From Bigelowiella natans CCMP2755 (lineage: Eukaryota; Protista; Cercozoa), in contig ADNK01000824.1 in NCBI GenBank assembly GCA_000320545.1, positions 1 through 64,000 of the forward strand: 64,000 nucleotides of DNA, in the 5' to 3' direction. Positions 1 to 13,557 of the stretch are shown here, piece by piece; positions within the stretch are counted from its first letter, which is position 1; the number at the start of each line of letters is the position of its first letter. The notes under the pieces are model-generated. The model ran no database searches. It had not been told where the DNA came from and was given only the letters and a program-made list of their open reading frames with translations. Both the position numbers and the translations under genes were made by a program.

Positions 1-222
1 ACTACACACACACACACACACCCACACACACATCCCTAACGCACACATCAAAATCGTAACATATAGTAGAGAGAGAGAAGAGTACTAGTCGTTTAATGTC
101 GTTCATCAAAAAGTAGTAGTAGAAGTAGAGGAAGAAGAAGGAGAAGAGAAAGAAGAAAAGGAAATAATGGAAGTAGTATTCGCAGCAGTGAGTAAACATC
201 GTTGGTTTTTGTATATATATAG

Positions 223-605
223 AAATACCAGCGGTGCAAATGGCAGCGCACTTCGCTCTCCCGCTTCTCCTGCCCCCCCCTCCTCTTCTGCAAAGGACGG
301 CAAAGAGGGAGGCCGTTTTGTGACGGCGAAGATGAGGCGAAAAGCGAGGAAGATCCACCTAGCGGCTGGACACAAAAAACTGTTCGAATTCAGGTACTGC
401 TGCTGGTGCTGGTGATGATGATGATGATGATGCTTTGTGTGGAAGTGACGCTGCTCTGAGATTTGCTTGCTGAGGGCGGGATCAAATGTCCAAACATATT
501 AAACATAGGAGGGGGGGGAGTGTTTGTAAGATGTAAGATATAGTCTCATATCTCTCCGTCGTCGTCGTCATTTTGTCGTCATTTTGTCGTCATGTTGTCG
601 TCATG

Positions 606-651
<46 letters not shown>

Positions 652-1877
652 CTCTCTCTCTTTCCCTTCTACTCCTCCTTCTCACGAAATGATGATGATG
701 ATGTATGTTTGTCTCCTCCTCTTAGTTCCAACACAGGCAGGCTGTCGGACGCCCAGGTGCTACTACTGCTATTATCTCATAATATATCTGATACAACGGG
801 TTTCTTATTACGCTGGTCCTGAATCCTGTCCTCCTTCCCGTGTTCGGTCAGATATCGCCCTGTGGGAAGTGGGTGGCCATATCTGACACCTCCTCAGCCC
901 GGCTGTATTCCCTTAGCAACAAGGATTCCACGGTAGTAGTACTAGTACTAGTATTAGTGCTAGTAGCGATGAATAGTGGTGGTGGTAGTGATATCGCCGA
1001 TGGTGAAGCAGCCTCAGCGAGTTCCTTTATTAGCTGCTGCTGCTGCTGCTGCTGACACTCGTCCCTGTCCTCTATGCTGCCTTTCCCCGCATCAATTCTG
1101 CCAATGCGTGTACCATCATTCCGTGCCCATCATCCTCCTCCTCCTCCTCCTCCTCCTCATCGTCATCATCATCATCCTCATCAGGACAAAATGTTCGCCG
1201 ACGATATCGACGAGGACAACAACGTCCGCTTCGTGCTCTCCAGAGTCGATGTGAAGAGGAGGAGAGCTGCGTTTCCGTCCTCCTCCTCCTCTTCATCATC
1301 GTCGGGAGAGGCGTCATCATCAGGCATGCGGCCCTTCAGTCGCGCCGTGTTTCTCCCCGGCAATCCTGGAATTGACGGATGCCAGTGGCTGGTTACGGCT
1401 GCGCTTGGCGGCAAAGGAGGCATCGACGTGCACAACCTCAGCTCGCTCCGGACAGTTGCTACCTGCGTGCCCCCCCCTCCTCTCTCCTCCTCCGCAGCAG
1501 GTGGCAATAAGAACGGGGGGGTTGCGAACAACCTGCCGTTGTCGTCGTCCTCCTCCTCGGCGGTGCGCTTCTTGGAGGCGACGCAAGACGGAAAGTAGGA
1601 TCTTCAGCACTAACATCAAACACTAGAACACATTACGTTTAGCTCTGTGCGCCAGCGCACGTCTAGTACTACGAGCAGGGATGGATATTATCACCCACTT
1701 GACAAAATATGTCCAAAATATCTATACGTGTGTGGGTGTGTACGCCTTCCGAAGAGAAGACCTCTTTTCTGCTTCGTCTTCTTTCCCCACATTCATTGTT
1801 ATATATCGGAATTGTGCAAAGCCACCAAGAAGATCCTAGTCCTCCTCGTGTTGCTGCAGTAACGCAACCAGTCTTTC

Positions 1878-1919
<42 letters not shown>

Positions 1920-2327
1920 CGTCGATAGATCATGAAGACGAAGACAGCTGCATTCATAGCGGCATAACAAAGCTGAGCAGCAGTGGTCTTCTTTGATCAT
2001 CGTTGTCGTAACATCAAAACAGCGCGCCTTATAATTAAACCGAGCGCGAGGATTCCTTCCCTCCGGTCGGGTCGAAAGACGCGGAAACTAAATACCAACC
2101 TCCCCTAAGATGCGGCACAGGTGCTCCTCGCCTTGCTCCCCCCCCTATGGGCAAAGGCGAGGAGTGATGTGAGAGGTTATCTCCAGAGTCTTTCTGGGGG
2201 TAGTCACCCCTCTTCCTCCATCTGAGCGACCGCGGGAGGATAAACGACAAAAACAGCATGATCAACAACAACAACACAAATGACATGCTTCTTCGCGTGT
2301 GATGCGTGTGACTGAACGTGTGCGTGC

Positions 2328-2363
<36 letters not shown>

Positions 2364-2594
2364 TGTAGTACTGATGGCTCTTCTCCTCCTCCACTTCTTC
2401 TTCTTCTTCTTTTGAAAATCATTGTTGTCAGGTGGGTGGGAGCGGTCGATAGCAACGGTGTGTGTCTCTACAGCCTTGCGGACCCTTCAGAGCCGAGGTT
2501 TCACGGAAGGCTACCCGGCATTGATGGCAGGATGGTCACAGCGATTGGGTTGTTTCCTATTCTCTGTTTTTCCTCCTACCACAAGGCGCATGCT

Positions 2595-2639
<45 letters not shown>

Positions 2640-3792
2640 ACGTCATGCGATATCCTCTCTTACTCTTCTTATTCTTTCCTTCCGCCCACGCATAGATTTC
2701 ACCCGAAGAATGAAGACGTGGCCGTTGCTTTCTCGAGCAACGAGATCATGATGTTCAAGATCAGGACCCAGGTAGTGGTACCGCAAGAGGAGCAAAATTG
2801 AGATAAAAACATGGAAGGGAGGGGGGGGGGGGACTACAACAGCAGCGGCACGAAATTCGCTTTTTATTCAAATCCCCTCTCCCCCTTGTCGTCTGTAGAC
2901 GTTTGCCTGCGTATGCTGCTTTGACCGCTCCCAAGTAACAATACTCCTACCACCCCAACTTCACCCGTTCAGGAGCAAAACGCCTGGTCCCAGGACAACG
3001 CGGGGAAGATACCTTATAAGCTTCTTCAACACCCAGACAAAATCATACAGGTGATGAAGAATGCCGGCCTCCTTTTGTTATGAGATATTGATGAATGCTC
3101 CTGTAGGGATAGGAGCAGCAGTAGGAAGTTTCTTGACTCTTCCTGCGTCCTCGAGTTTTCATGATATGTTATATGACCACAGATCATCTTCGACTGGAAC
3201 AGGCACTCGTTGATGCTGTTGGTGACCTCATCTGCAAGTGAGCCACAATGAGGATGAGAGGAGAGAGGCTAAGGAGGAGGAAGATGATGATAAGGGGTGG
3301 TGTTGATTATGAGGATAATGATGATGACGACACACAAGAATTGATTTGCATGGTTATCCCAACAGTTTGCGTGGTGGACCTGATAAAGCCAGTCAGCGAG
3401 ATTGCCTATAAACCAAGGAAGAAACGAAGAGCACGTAGGCGCTCCACCAAGGGAGGGGGGGGGAGAGTAAGGCACGATGGCGGAAACGACGAGGAGGAGG
3501 AGGAGGAGGGCGACGACGGAAAGGAAGACACTGGCAGCAATCAAAATAATAAACGAAAACGGTCTAGAAGTGGGAAGGACAGCGGCAGTGAGGTAGTCGC
3601 TAATGGCGGCGTGAGCGGCGGCAGCTCGAACTTTAAAATGTTAAAGAGATACCAGCCTCTCCGCTACGTTGGGCTTTCCAAGAGCAACCAGCTCATCATG
3701 GTAAAAACAAAATTAGTGTATTTGTTGTAGTTGTTGTAGTGGTAGTAGTAGTTGTGATAATAGCGGTAACACCTGCTGTAACAGACTGATAG

Positions 3793-3834
<42 letters not shown>

Positions 3835-3960
3835 AAATGACTTCGAATCACTTATGTTCTGTTGCTGCTGCTGCTGCTGCTGCTGCAGGTGGAAACGCCA
3901 TGGATGGACGTCGCGGAGTCCCTACCTCCACCTGTGTATCGCCATAAGTATGGAACTTAA
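223..3960 (+). CDS. UTP4: U3 snoRNP / t-UTP WD40 protein UTP4 (cirhin), 3' part; 5' end lies outside the window
   Basis: Approximate GT-AG exons: 223-393, 852-932, 1185-1594, 2432-2548, 2696-2770, 2974-3050, 3183-3237, 3366-3700, 3889-3960. WD-like strands ISPCGKWVAISD and FHPKNEDVAVAFSSNEIMMF. C-terminus NFKMLKRYQPLRYVGLSKSNQLIMVETPWMDVAESLPPPVYRHKYGT* matches the UTP4/PCN tail. Confidence 0.85.
610..662. repeat. (CT)n microsatellite, representative of dozens of intronic di/tri-nucleotide tracts
   Basis: Directly visible. Others include (CA)n 1880-1916, (TA)n 2599-2633, (CT)n(CA)n 7121-7190, (TA)n 21670-21701, (CA)n(CG)n(CA)n 34210-34290, (GA)n 39932-39966. Confidence 0.95.
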
Positions 3961-4544
3961 TTGTCAAAAGCAACGTGAGCGTCCGCCTAGGCCAAACCAT
4001 CCCGCCCTTCAAAATGAATCTCTCATTTTGATTCTATGGTTTGCTTTATTGGTGGGTGGCTGATGGACACACATTAGCTGTTTTGGTTGCCTTAAAATCT
4101 TCGCTGTGCTGTAAGATGTTGCCAGATCTCATAGCTCATCTCCCTACTGAGAGCCTCTTCTCATACTAGCCATGCATGATGTAGATTAGATTGCAAACCG
4201 CGAGGAGTGCTGCGATCGATGCAACAATAATAACATTTTAGGTAAAAATGCACTTGCAACGCGCAGTGTAATTCTAGAATTCTAGTTTGCACAAGCAAGG
4301 AACGCTGTATGTCATATCCATGTAGCCAAACAGCCCCATAACGCATAAAATTTTTGCAGTGCACGTGGTATTATTGTCTGTACATGGCTAGATGGTTACA
4401 AGCTGCATATATGAGACGGATGCAATTGGCGAATATTTTAACTTTTTCAATTGTCATCCTAAAGTAGCTTTATTTGCAATGCTGCGGCTACAGCGCTTAA
4501 TTTGTATATATTTATTATATATCTCTGGTTAAACCGATCAGTAT

Positions 4545-5046
4545 TCACAAGTGTTGCAAAGAGCTTCTTCGAAAATCATTGTTCTTCCTTCGTTGCGCGT
4601 TGTTTAATGAATGTCTTCGTGACGGTGGACAATTAGAAACTCCGGACTTTAGTGTGAAGAGACTACTAGTTCTTCTCACTTTCCTTTTCCTGCAACCTTT
4701 ACTTCGTCGCTTTCGTGAGACCCTCTCCTTCTGTTTGGCTGTAACATTTTCATTAAATTTGGTGAGTTTATCACCCCACTTGGAGGATGAAGCCCCTAAT
4801 TCCGCATCGTTTGGCTTCACCGTTGATTCATCACCTTCGTCATTTTTCTCTTTAGAACTTGGTCGAGCTTTGTTGATTTTGATTTCATTCATTCCAGGTT
4901 TCACGTCCCCCTCCTCATTGCAGCCATCATTGTTCACGTTGTTCCCGAACCGTAGAGCCATTTGCTCCTGCCCTTTCTCTATGATTTTTCCAGGATCTTC
5001 CTTGGGTACAACGATATCGCCGAAAATAGTCGTACTACTACTGCTG

Positions 5047-5082
<36 letters not shown>

Positions 5083-5387
5083 GGATTGCTGCCGCCCAGA
5101 TAACTGATCAATTCGAAGCACTCTCTAACGCTGCCAGAACTACTCTCCCGCTCCTGTTCCCACGTAGGGAAGTCAAATACCTCGGTAGAGATATCGACGG
5201 GTTCTACAGCCTCCTGGCTGATAGTCATCGTCCGAGAGCGTCTCTTTCTTGAGACCCGACGCGATGTCGATCGCGGAACCACATCAAGTCTTCGAAAAGG
5301 CACTTCTGTGCAGGAAGAAACAGGTCTATCCTTGGTCCTGCTACCTGCACAGACGACCTCTTTCGGCGTTTCGAATACGCGGGTCAT
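4545..5387 (-). CDS. Hypothetical protein, 280 aa, single exon, poly-Ser with basic NLS-like patches
   Basis: Uninterrupted ATG-initiated 843-nt ORF between two genes; disordered composition; no recognisable domain. Confidence 0.55.
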
Positions 5388-5649
5388 TGAAGTTGCTATG
5401 GTGATCGTCCCTTGCTTCCTCGTTCGTCACACCGTGCTGCTCCCCTCGTTCTAGCTGCTCCTCTTCATCTATCCTCCGGCAATGAGAGCTGTTCCTAACT
5501 TTTGGGAACACTGCGAATTATCGCATATTTCCCGCTTGGTTTATGTCCTGCGTCATGAATCTAGCGTTGTCGCATCAACGTGCTTTGCCGATGGCACGAG
5601 CTTGATCGTACGATCGTGTTGGTGGATGAACAGTGCATGTCCATGTGTG

Positions 5650-5690
<41 letters not shown>

Positions 5691-6383
5691 ACATGTGTGT
5701 GGGCATTGCATGAGTTCATCGAGCACGTTCTGGCTCGCTGCACGATGCGCACATGTCTGAATGTGTCCGCACGTCTAGACGTGGCATCACAGCGTGACAC
5801 GATGTGCGCACACGAACATTGTCAACAAGCACTAGAGCAAGCAAACAAGTGTCTGGAGTTGACGGGTGTGCCAAGTGCAGGCTGTTGCACAGCAGCGAGA
5901 TGCCATCAGCCAATGTGGTCAGTTACTACAGCCAATATTGCATGGGAAACGCTACGTGTTCTATGGCACGCGTGCAGATGAATTCGACTCAAGAATTTGT
6001 AGCTGTCTCCGCCACAACATGCAAAAAGTGTGGGTAGCAGGCTAGCAGGCAGCATGTCATGTGCATCTGCAGGCATGTGAAGCACGCATTGGTTGCAATG
6101 AGTGCCACAATTTACCATGGATGGTGGGCTAAATAATCGCTTTCGTAAATATCAAAAATTCTAAACACGCTGCTAGATGACACAATGGCATCAGGCATGC
6201 CAATGATGCCACTTATTTCAAAACCATGTTAGTGAAAATCTAATCAAGTAATTTATCGACTGCAAACTAATGGCTTTATTTACGATTGAATCTTCCACCA
6301 CAAATTGGGATTGCCAGACAAATTTGCACAATTGAAGCACACAAATCTATGCCTTACAAGTGCTATATAAGTGAATACTGCGC

Positions 6384-7118
6384 TTAACATGTCTTAAAAT
6401 TAAAAGGCTCACACGTGAGGGACGAGTCAAGCTTGCAAGGCCGGTTGAGGCGGAATGTCAAGTCTGCTCCCAGCCATACCCTGACAGCGTCAAGTAATAT
6501 GAGCACTGCCATGCCACATGCTAAAGCCTCCACTGCTGCGTCGAATAACGAATATGATCTTTTGGATGGATTCTCATTTAATCTGAGGAACATCGGAAAA
6601 GATACGACGAAGTATAACCCATAAAATGCGGATCCCAATGTATACCTAACCGTGGTGACAAATAATGTGAAATGAAATAAGATGAAATAATAGCACAGCG
6701 GTTGAATTGTTGAAGAAGATCATAGACTCACGCTAGAAATCTATCTTTGAAGCCATAGCACGGAAACCCCGATATTGTGAGCGACTCCATGAAAGCTGTG
6801 ATGTATGACATGTAGAATATAAGAGAACACACGAATATGTCCCTGAGAACCCCCCGCTCAAGGGAAGAGTACCTGTGATATGATTGAAATAGAACGATAA
6901 GGAAATTGTACAATACACCACATTTGCTAGGTTTAATAATGATGATGATACCGACGTAAGACAATGACAAGCTATTTCTACGACGAAAGTGTGTGTGTTG
7001 TAAATATCTTCCACTACAGGCCTTGTCGCCAAATTAGTAGGAAGGTCCATCGTAGTAGGTGTTACAAATAAATTTATCGCTTTCTCTTTGACTCTCTATT
7101 CAATAAACGGTGTTTTTA

Positions 7119-7192
<74 letters not shown>

Positions 7193-8262
7193 GCACACAA
7201 ACACACGCACGCACGCACACGCACGCACAAATAAAGGACATCTTTGAGTCTACGTTTTTCGCAGCGCAAGATTCGACAGCACGTGGTAGAAACAGAAGTA
7301 AAAATGAGTCGCGAAGAACATTGGGATCGGTACACCTATATGAAAAGATTTCAGTAATAGCCCTTTATTTTCAAAATTTGGATAAAAGTTTTCTTCAATT
7401 CAAAAACCGTTCAGATCCCAAGAAGGCATTGTGTAGTGCGCTTCGAGAACATTGTAGAAGTAGTGAGTATACCTGGATACAGATGAGGGACAGCATGGAC
7501 ATTCACGAAAAACAGCACATATCATGGTATATTGCAGGTGAGTTACCAGTAGTTCCCAATGAAACTAAAGATTCCGATCCAGAGGTTTGCTTTCACTGAA
7601 TATCTTCCATGCCAAGGAACGTGCGCTTCGCCCTTCCAATTTGAACAGAGCTTGATTTAGGCGTGTCGAACAACCAGGAGATTCATATCATATGTAAGGT
7701 GGGGGAAATTACAGTAATGCTGGGAAAGATAAATGGCTGTAGCAAGAGCGGTGCGGCCAATCCGACGCACACTACCATGTAGTGTATTCTATCAAACCAA
7801 GCGTATCTGTACAAAGAGCCTGTTAATCATTGAATTCAGAAATAACAGAAATGGATATCGATTCTTACAGCTCTCCGCCAATGATCACCGCAAAGATACT
7901 GATCCAGAATATTCCATAGTGAAGCGAAAATAATTCCCACTGAGAAACCATTGTGATTTTGGCGTGTATCAACGGCATACAAAAGTTTAGGTCTTACCTT
8001 GCGCTTCGAAGGATTTGTTTCGGGGCAAGGCAGCCATCGACCATCACCTTTCTTCGATTTTGGAGCTATGATTGCCAGCGTGACCAAACCGACCGACATG
8101 GCCGCAATCACCTGTTAACACCATTATTACAAGCGTTACAGGATGGGCCGAGAATCAATAGGAACGCCCCAGGTAGATGCTATGCTATGGTGCCACCTTG
8201 CACATGGCATGGACTGCAGGGTCTTGCGAGAGGAACTTGAGTCCCTCAAGAAGCTTGGCCAT
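6384..8262 (-). CDS. CPI1: Cycloeucalenol cycloisomerase (cyclopropylsterol isomerase)
   Basis: Spliced translation NPSKRKWELFSLHYGIFW...RYSVKANLWIGIFSFIGNYWYTHYFYNVLEAHYTMPSWDLNGVP...AFMESLTISGFPCYGFKDR...GSAFYGLYFVVSFPMFLRLNE...ILLDAVRVWLG matches plant CPI1 motifs throughout. Start at ATG 8262; in-frame alternative near 8346. Confidence 0.93.
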
Positions 8263-8459
8263 CGCTGCTTGGTACAGGCCTGTAAGTGATTCGTAGATTG
8301 ATCTACGTCGGGCACGTGGTGGAGTTTTCGATGATGTCGCAGACATAAAATCCACGTTATTTTCACAATGTGGTACATTACCGTAATTCTCTTTGTCGCA
8401 GGGGTAAACCCCCCTTGCTTTTCTACATCTTTCGGAACAATACGCTGCCCTACTCCCCG

Positions 8460-10162
8460 ATGAAGCGAGTTCGCTCAACGCATCCACATCGATCGGGAGA
8501 ACGGAACGTGGAGAGAAGACGACGCCCACGAGTTTGCTTCCCAAAGGAGCTGGACAGGTCGCCGACCCAACGGTTGCAGTACACTCTTCGGTGTGATTGA
8601 TGCTTCTATTTCCCTCCTAGGTTCGGAAAAGCGCAGAAGCCACGACTATTCCTCGAGAAAAATGCGGTTCTTGCACATTCAATGTTGTATGAGACAGAAT
8701 CGTTACTATATCGTGCTGGCGAAAACGTAATTGTTGCGGGACATAGGCGTTGTTTGCTTATTCCCTTTCACCAATTCCCCAGAATGAGCTGCTGGGCGCA
8801 GTGGCGATGGATTTCGTGGATGGTTTGATGGAAGCCACCATCAACCTCCTACAGCAGGCAGTGAAGAGCGGAGTGAAAAATGCAGCAAGTTCATCATCAT
8901 CATCATCATCGTATCATTTGAAGAAGATAGCCAAGGACGACATACTCAATGCAGCAGCATTACATGACGAGCTGTGGGTGAGTAGTGCCTTCCATCTCGC
9001 CTGACTCCTCCTGTATTAATAGCCTATCTCTATCTCTAATTCTACATATTTATTTTTACAAAAAGAGGGTCACGGAATTTGATGATGTAGAGAAAAAGAG
9101 GCGAGAAGCAAAGTAAGCCAGAACTTACCATATTAACAGCACTTAATATAACGATATCATCGTTCGATGTAAAAACAATATTAGCAGTATATAACATTAG
9201 CAAAAATAATAAGAACGACAACATAAACATAAAGACTGGAAATCTCCTATGGCCGTGAGGGGCTCGACGCCATAAGATCGAAGGTTAGGGCAGAACACTC
9301 AGCACACATTTACGCGCCATGAGCACACAGCATGAATGCCCGTGCATGCAGCAGAGTATAGTATGATGGTAGCTTTGGTGCGGAGGGGGATGCTTGGAGA
9401 TATTTCTTGTTCTGATATTCATAAATCTTAAAATCACCTCGGCATTCAAAAAAGGAAAATATTCGTAGTCTCTTCTCACACGATAGGGAAACATTTCCCG
9501 CAATGAATCAATCTCCTAGATTTGAAAATATATACCCACTCCAAGCGCCTTGTCTCTACCACTTTAACTTACTATGTTCAGGGGTATCTGAAACGAAGAC
9601 CAAACGACACAGAGAGGGTAGTAAGTTCTCGAGGCGATTAAGGAGAGAGTGACTAACAGTAACAATAAGCCTGGCTTCGGTGCACATGAACGTGCTGCAA
9701 ATGCATTGTATTCATCGACCGTGCTGCCCAATGATGAGCCCCGCGGTATCCTTGTCTCATGCTAAGGCTATCGATTTATCATTCCAACTGTGCTTTGCAT
9801 CCACAGGTTTTCAGGAAGAGGCAGGAAGAGCGAATTCGCACTATTTCCCTCTGCAGAAGATACTTCAATATTCCGGTAGCATACAGACTCCTCTTCTGTT
9901 TTCGACGCTGCTACCATCATTATCATCATCATCATCATCATATTCACCGTCATAATCAACACCATCAACATCTTTATTATCATCATTATCATTATCATCA
10001 TCATGTTATCGTTCTTGTCGTCGTCGCTGCAATTTCCAACACAACTGCAAGTCCTTGGTGCTACTTTCTTTCTTCTGCTACTTATACCGTCATTTACCTT
10101 CCCCCCTCCCCACTCACGTAATATTCACTAATATTTACTTGCTTTCTGTCGAAGATAACGTA

Positions 10163-10213
<51 letters not shown>

Positions 10214-11145
10214 ATTTTGTTCTTTCTCGCGTTCGTGTCATGGTGATGGACGATGCACAGCTATTCTCCACACATGAGAAGGAGGAATTGCTGCTGGGAA
10301 TTCCAACCATACCACCAGCAGTGACGACGACGAGGAGGCCAACGACAACGACAACAGCGCCAATGATGATGCATGGAGGAATACCACAACGACAACTCGA
10401 GCAGCAGCAGCGGCAGCTACCATCTGACAACGTGGAAATAGATCATGATGAAGGCGGGGAGGAAGACCAAGGTGATGATCATGGTGCAGCATGCAGTGTC
10501 GCTAGTGAAACAAGAAGCTTCTCTCCCCTTCCAACTTCGGCTGCTGACAACCCAAACACTGCCGCAACCAATGGCGTCGAGCCCTTATTTCTCGCTAAGA
10601 GCTTTCCCGATGACAACAAAGAGAAGGAACACAAGCTGATTGGCAGAGGAGGGGGAGGGGGAGGAGGAGGAGGAGGAAAGCACTGCCAAGGTAGAAGTGA
10701 TTCCAATAGCGTCCCTGCGAACATATCTCACAGCAACGAAGCGAGAGGCAGCAGCATAGAGCCCCTCTTCCTACTTGGGCACCAAGACCGCCATCATCGG
10801 GGTCGTCGTCGTCACGACGAACAAGCCCAGGAGGAGCAAAGCTCCGTATCTTCTAGCCACGTAAAGAAGAGGAGGAGGAAAAGTATTGCAAAGGTGATGG
10901 CGACAATAGACGCTAAGATTTCGGGTGATGGTACACACACCATTGAGCCGCTTTTCCTCTCTCATAAAAACAGTGTCAATCTAAATGAGCTTCCATACAA
11001 AAAGTCATCATCGGCTATACAGCAAGAATGTGAAGGTTTAGCAAGTAGTAGCCGTGTTGCAGGAACCCGTGCACGAAGTGATGGGGCAGGAGAGACAGCG
11101 ACTAGACTAGTAGAACCGCTGTTCCTCTTGCCACCCGGGGATTAA
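8460..11145 (+). CDS. Hypothetical nuclear protein: possible TAF13/Spt3-like histone-fold N-terminus and a disordered tail with 4 [VI]EPLFL motifs
   Basis: Phase-consistent exons at about 8460-8557, 8621-8726, 8783-8977, 9582-9617, 9807-9873, 10261-11145. SLLYRAGEN...AVAMDFVDGLMEAT...IAKDDILNAA weakly recalls TAF13. The gene model is better supported than the family call. Confidence 0.55.
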
Positions 11146-12203
11146 TGTTTGAAATGAATTTGACACCATCAAACTCTATCATCATACATCCTATCGAGCA
11201 GCTTTTGTGCTTATCTTCTGGTGTCGTATTAGTGCAACAACGATGAGAAGCTCATCTGCCCAACCATGTGCTTATTGCATCAGCTGCGGGTGCGAATCAA
11301 ATGTGAATATCTTGACTTCCGCCTTGTACGTATACGCATATGTTGCTGTGCTGCACCGCGGCGCTTGTGTTCATATAGCATGGTATAACATGTGATCCAA
11401 GCCTTCAATCACACACAATAATTGTACGTGTGGAGCATTCGATCATTAAATCATGATCGCATATCTTGCGAGCAGCCGATGCACTTTTGATCGCTAACTG
11501 CTATTTCAGCCATCATTGCTGCACAGATGCTATCAGCTTGCTAAATTATTGCGGCATTTGGGTTTAATCTGTCAATATGTTCTATTAGAGTCTTTGCGAT
11601 GCTCAAGACAGTCTCTGCATGCCATTATTGATAATCCACTGAACACAGCTGCGAGCCAGAGTCGTTCACACATACGTACCACAACACATGCAGCAATACA
11701 ATACATGCACAACTATGTTGCAGTTTATGTCCATCGCAGCTGCTCATGTGTGTCTGGCGGATGCAAGTAGCGCTAGAGCGGTATGCATTTTCGTATTTTG
11801 TGTTGACTGCTCTTGTTCAATGAGTGGGCTAGTTGGCAAGTGAGCAAGTGGGCAAGAAAGAACGCATCGGGCATCCATGTCGCACACGTCGGCGGCACCG
11901 ATAAAGCCTTAGTTTTGTCATCCCTGACCCCCCGCCCGCCTTTCCATTACTGTCCATTACTGCTTCCGTTTGACCTGTGCTTTTTCTATAATGTCTGCCA
12001 CGTAGTCGTTTGTGGCTTCAGGGGTCTCTTTGAGCAGCACACTGGTCCTTCTCGTGGCTTGCACCGGGGCAGGAGGGACTGAGGGAGGAGGTAAATAACA
12101 ACAATCGCACCAATTACAGCAGCAGCAGCAGCAGCAGCAACAACCCCAAAACAATTCATGCCAACGGCGACTATCAATAGACGGTGGTTCAAGGACGATC
12201 TCA

Positions 12204-13471
12204 TCAGTCATCATGTCTGCGACGAAATGAATCAATGCGATTTTTGGACGTGTGAAGAAGGATTTTAGGCTGAGGATGCTGATAAATGAGAAGAAGAAGA
12301 AGAAGAAGAAGAAGAAGAAGAAGATGCATCGAACAATATCTATTTATCCTGTCATTCATAGAACTATTAGACGCCTACCCCCTTCTCCCGCTGGAATCCA
12401 GATCGTGTTATGATCGCTCTTCCTCTGTAGCTGCTCTTTTTGCTTAATCTCAGTGCTTCCTGCCCCCCCCGTCTCCCCCTTGTGTTCAGCATCATACCTT
12501 GCAAAAATATAGAGGAGAAGCAATGGGAGGAAGAGAGAAGAGTGAAATGGGCAGCAGTAGTAAAGCATCCTCTTCATCCTCCCCCCCTTTTCTAATTCTC
12601 CCCAAAACTCCCTCTCCATTCCTCTTCTCATATATTGTTTTCTTTATGTCAGTCAACTGTCTAGACCATCCCGCCGCCGCCCCCCCCCTCCCCACCAAAA
12701 AAAAAGGTTGCTTCGCTTACTGAATCTTGCTCCGCATGTATGTTCGCATGAGGAAGAAGTTGAGGCTGCTGAGCCATAAAGCCCCCTCTCTGAACGCATC
12801 GAATCTCCTTAGCAGCTGCAACGCTTTCTCCTGGACCTACATGAGCGTAGCAGTAAGTAAGTAGTAGCATGGTTGTCGGTCTATCACTATACAGGCAAAC
12901 TAAGACGACGACACCAGAACTTATTACGAACGATGAAGAGCAGAGCAGTTTCTTAGCGAGGAGCACTAGCATTCATTCTCCTCCTCCTCCTCCTCTTCTA
13001 ATGCTTTTAAAGCTTCGCGCATAGTAATAGTAGTAGTAGTAATAGTAGTAGATACTAGGAGCAGCAGCAGCACCTGTCGGGAAGAGTGCAAGAGACATAT
13101 AGCGATAGGGTATAGCCCTCCTTGCGACTCGGGCAGAAGTGTGAGGAGCTGTATCAGCTTCTCGTTGTTGTCCAGTGTGCTCAGGAAATAGTCCAAGATT
13201 TCCACGAAGCCATCCTTCTTCAACGATCTTGCTTCATGCTGTAGCCGCCGAACAAACCGCGCGACCTTGCCCGACTCCTGGGTGGAATGATGTGGGTGTT
13301 GTTATTGTTTTGAGGTTGTTGCAGCAGCTTTTTTGCGCAACATTGATGACATGTATTGCATTCATCCTGGGAGTCTCAGTAGCAGTTGTTGTTGTTGCAG
13401 GAAGGTGGGGAGGGGGGCGGTTGCCAATCGTATTCTCCCCGCTTCTCCACCACGTCTATTCTCTTTCTCTA

Positions 13472-13557
<86 letters not shown>

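Noticed and set aside
2-2640. ORFs with SLSLSL, VCVCVC, HTHTHT and YIYIYI runs (throughout the window)
   Set aside because: Translations of intronic microsatellites.
5482-6118. Stack of overlapping 65-133 aa ORFs (also at 30004-30511, 43930-44443 and 49728-50422)
   Set aside because: Cys/His/Ala-rich and nearly Tyr-free on both strands; a by-product of TpA (stop codon) loss rather than genes.
9248-9276. Intronic hairpin TATGGC..GCCATA resembling a tRNA 3' end on the minus strand
   Set aside because: No D-arm, anticodon arm or A-box could be built, and no snoRNA boxes were evident.
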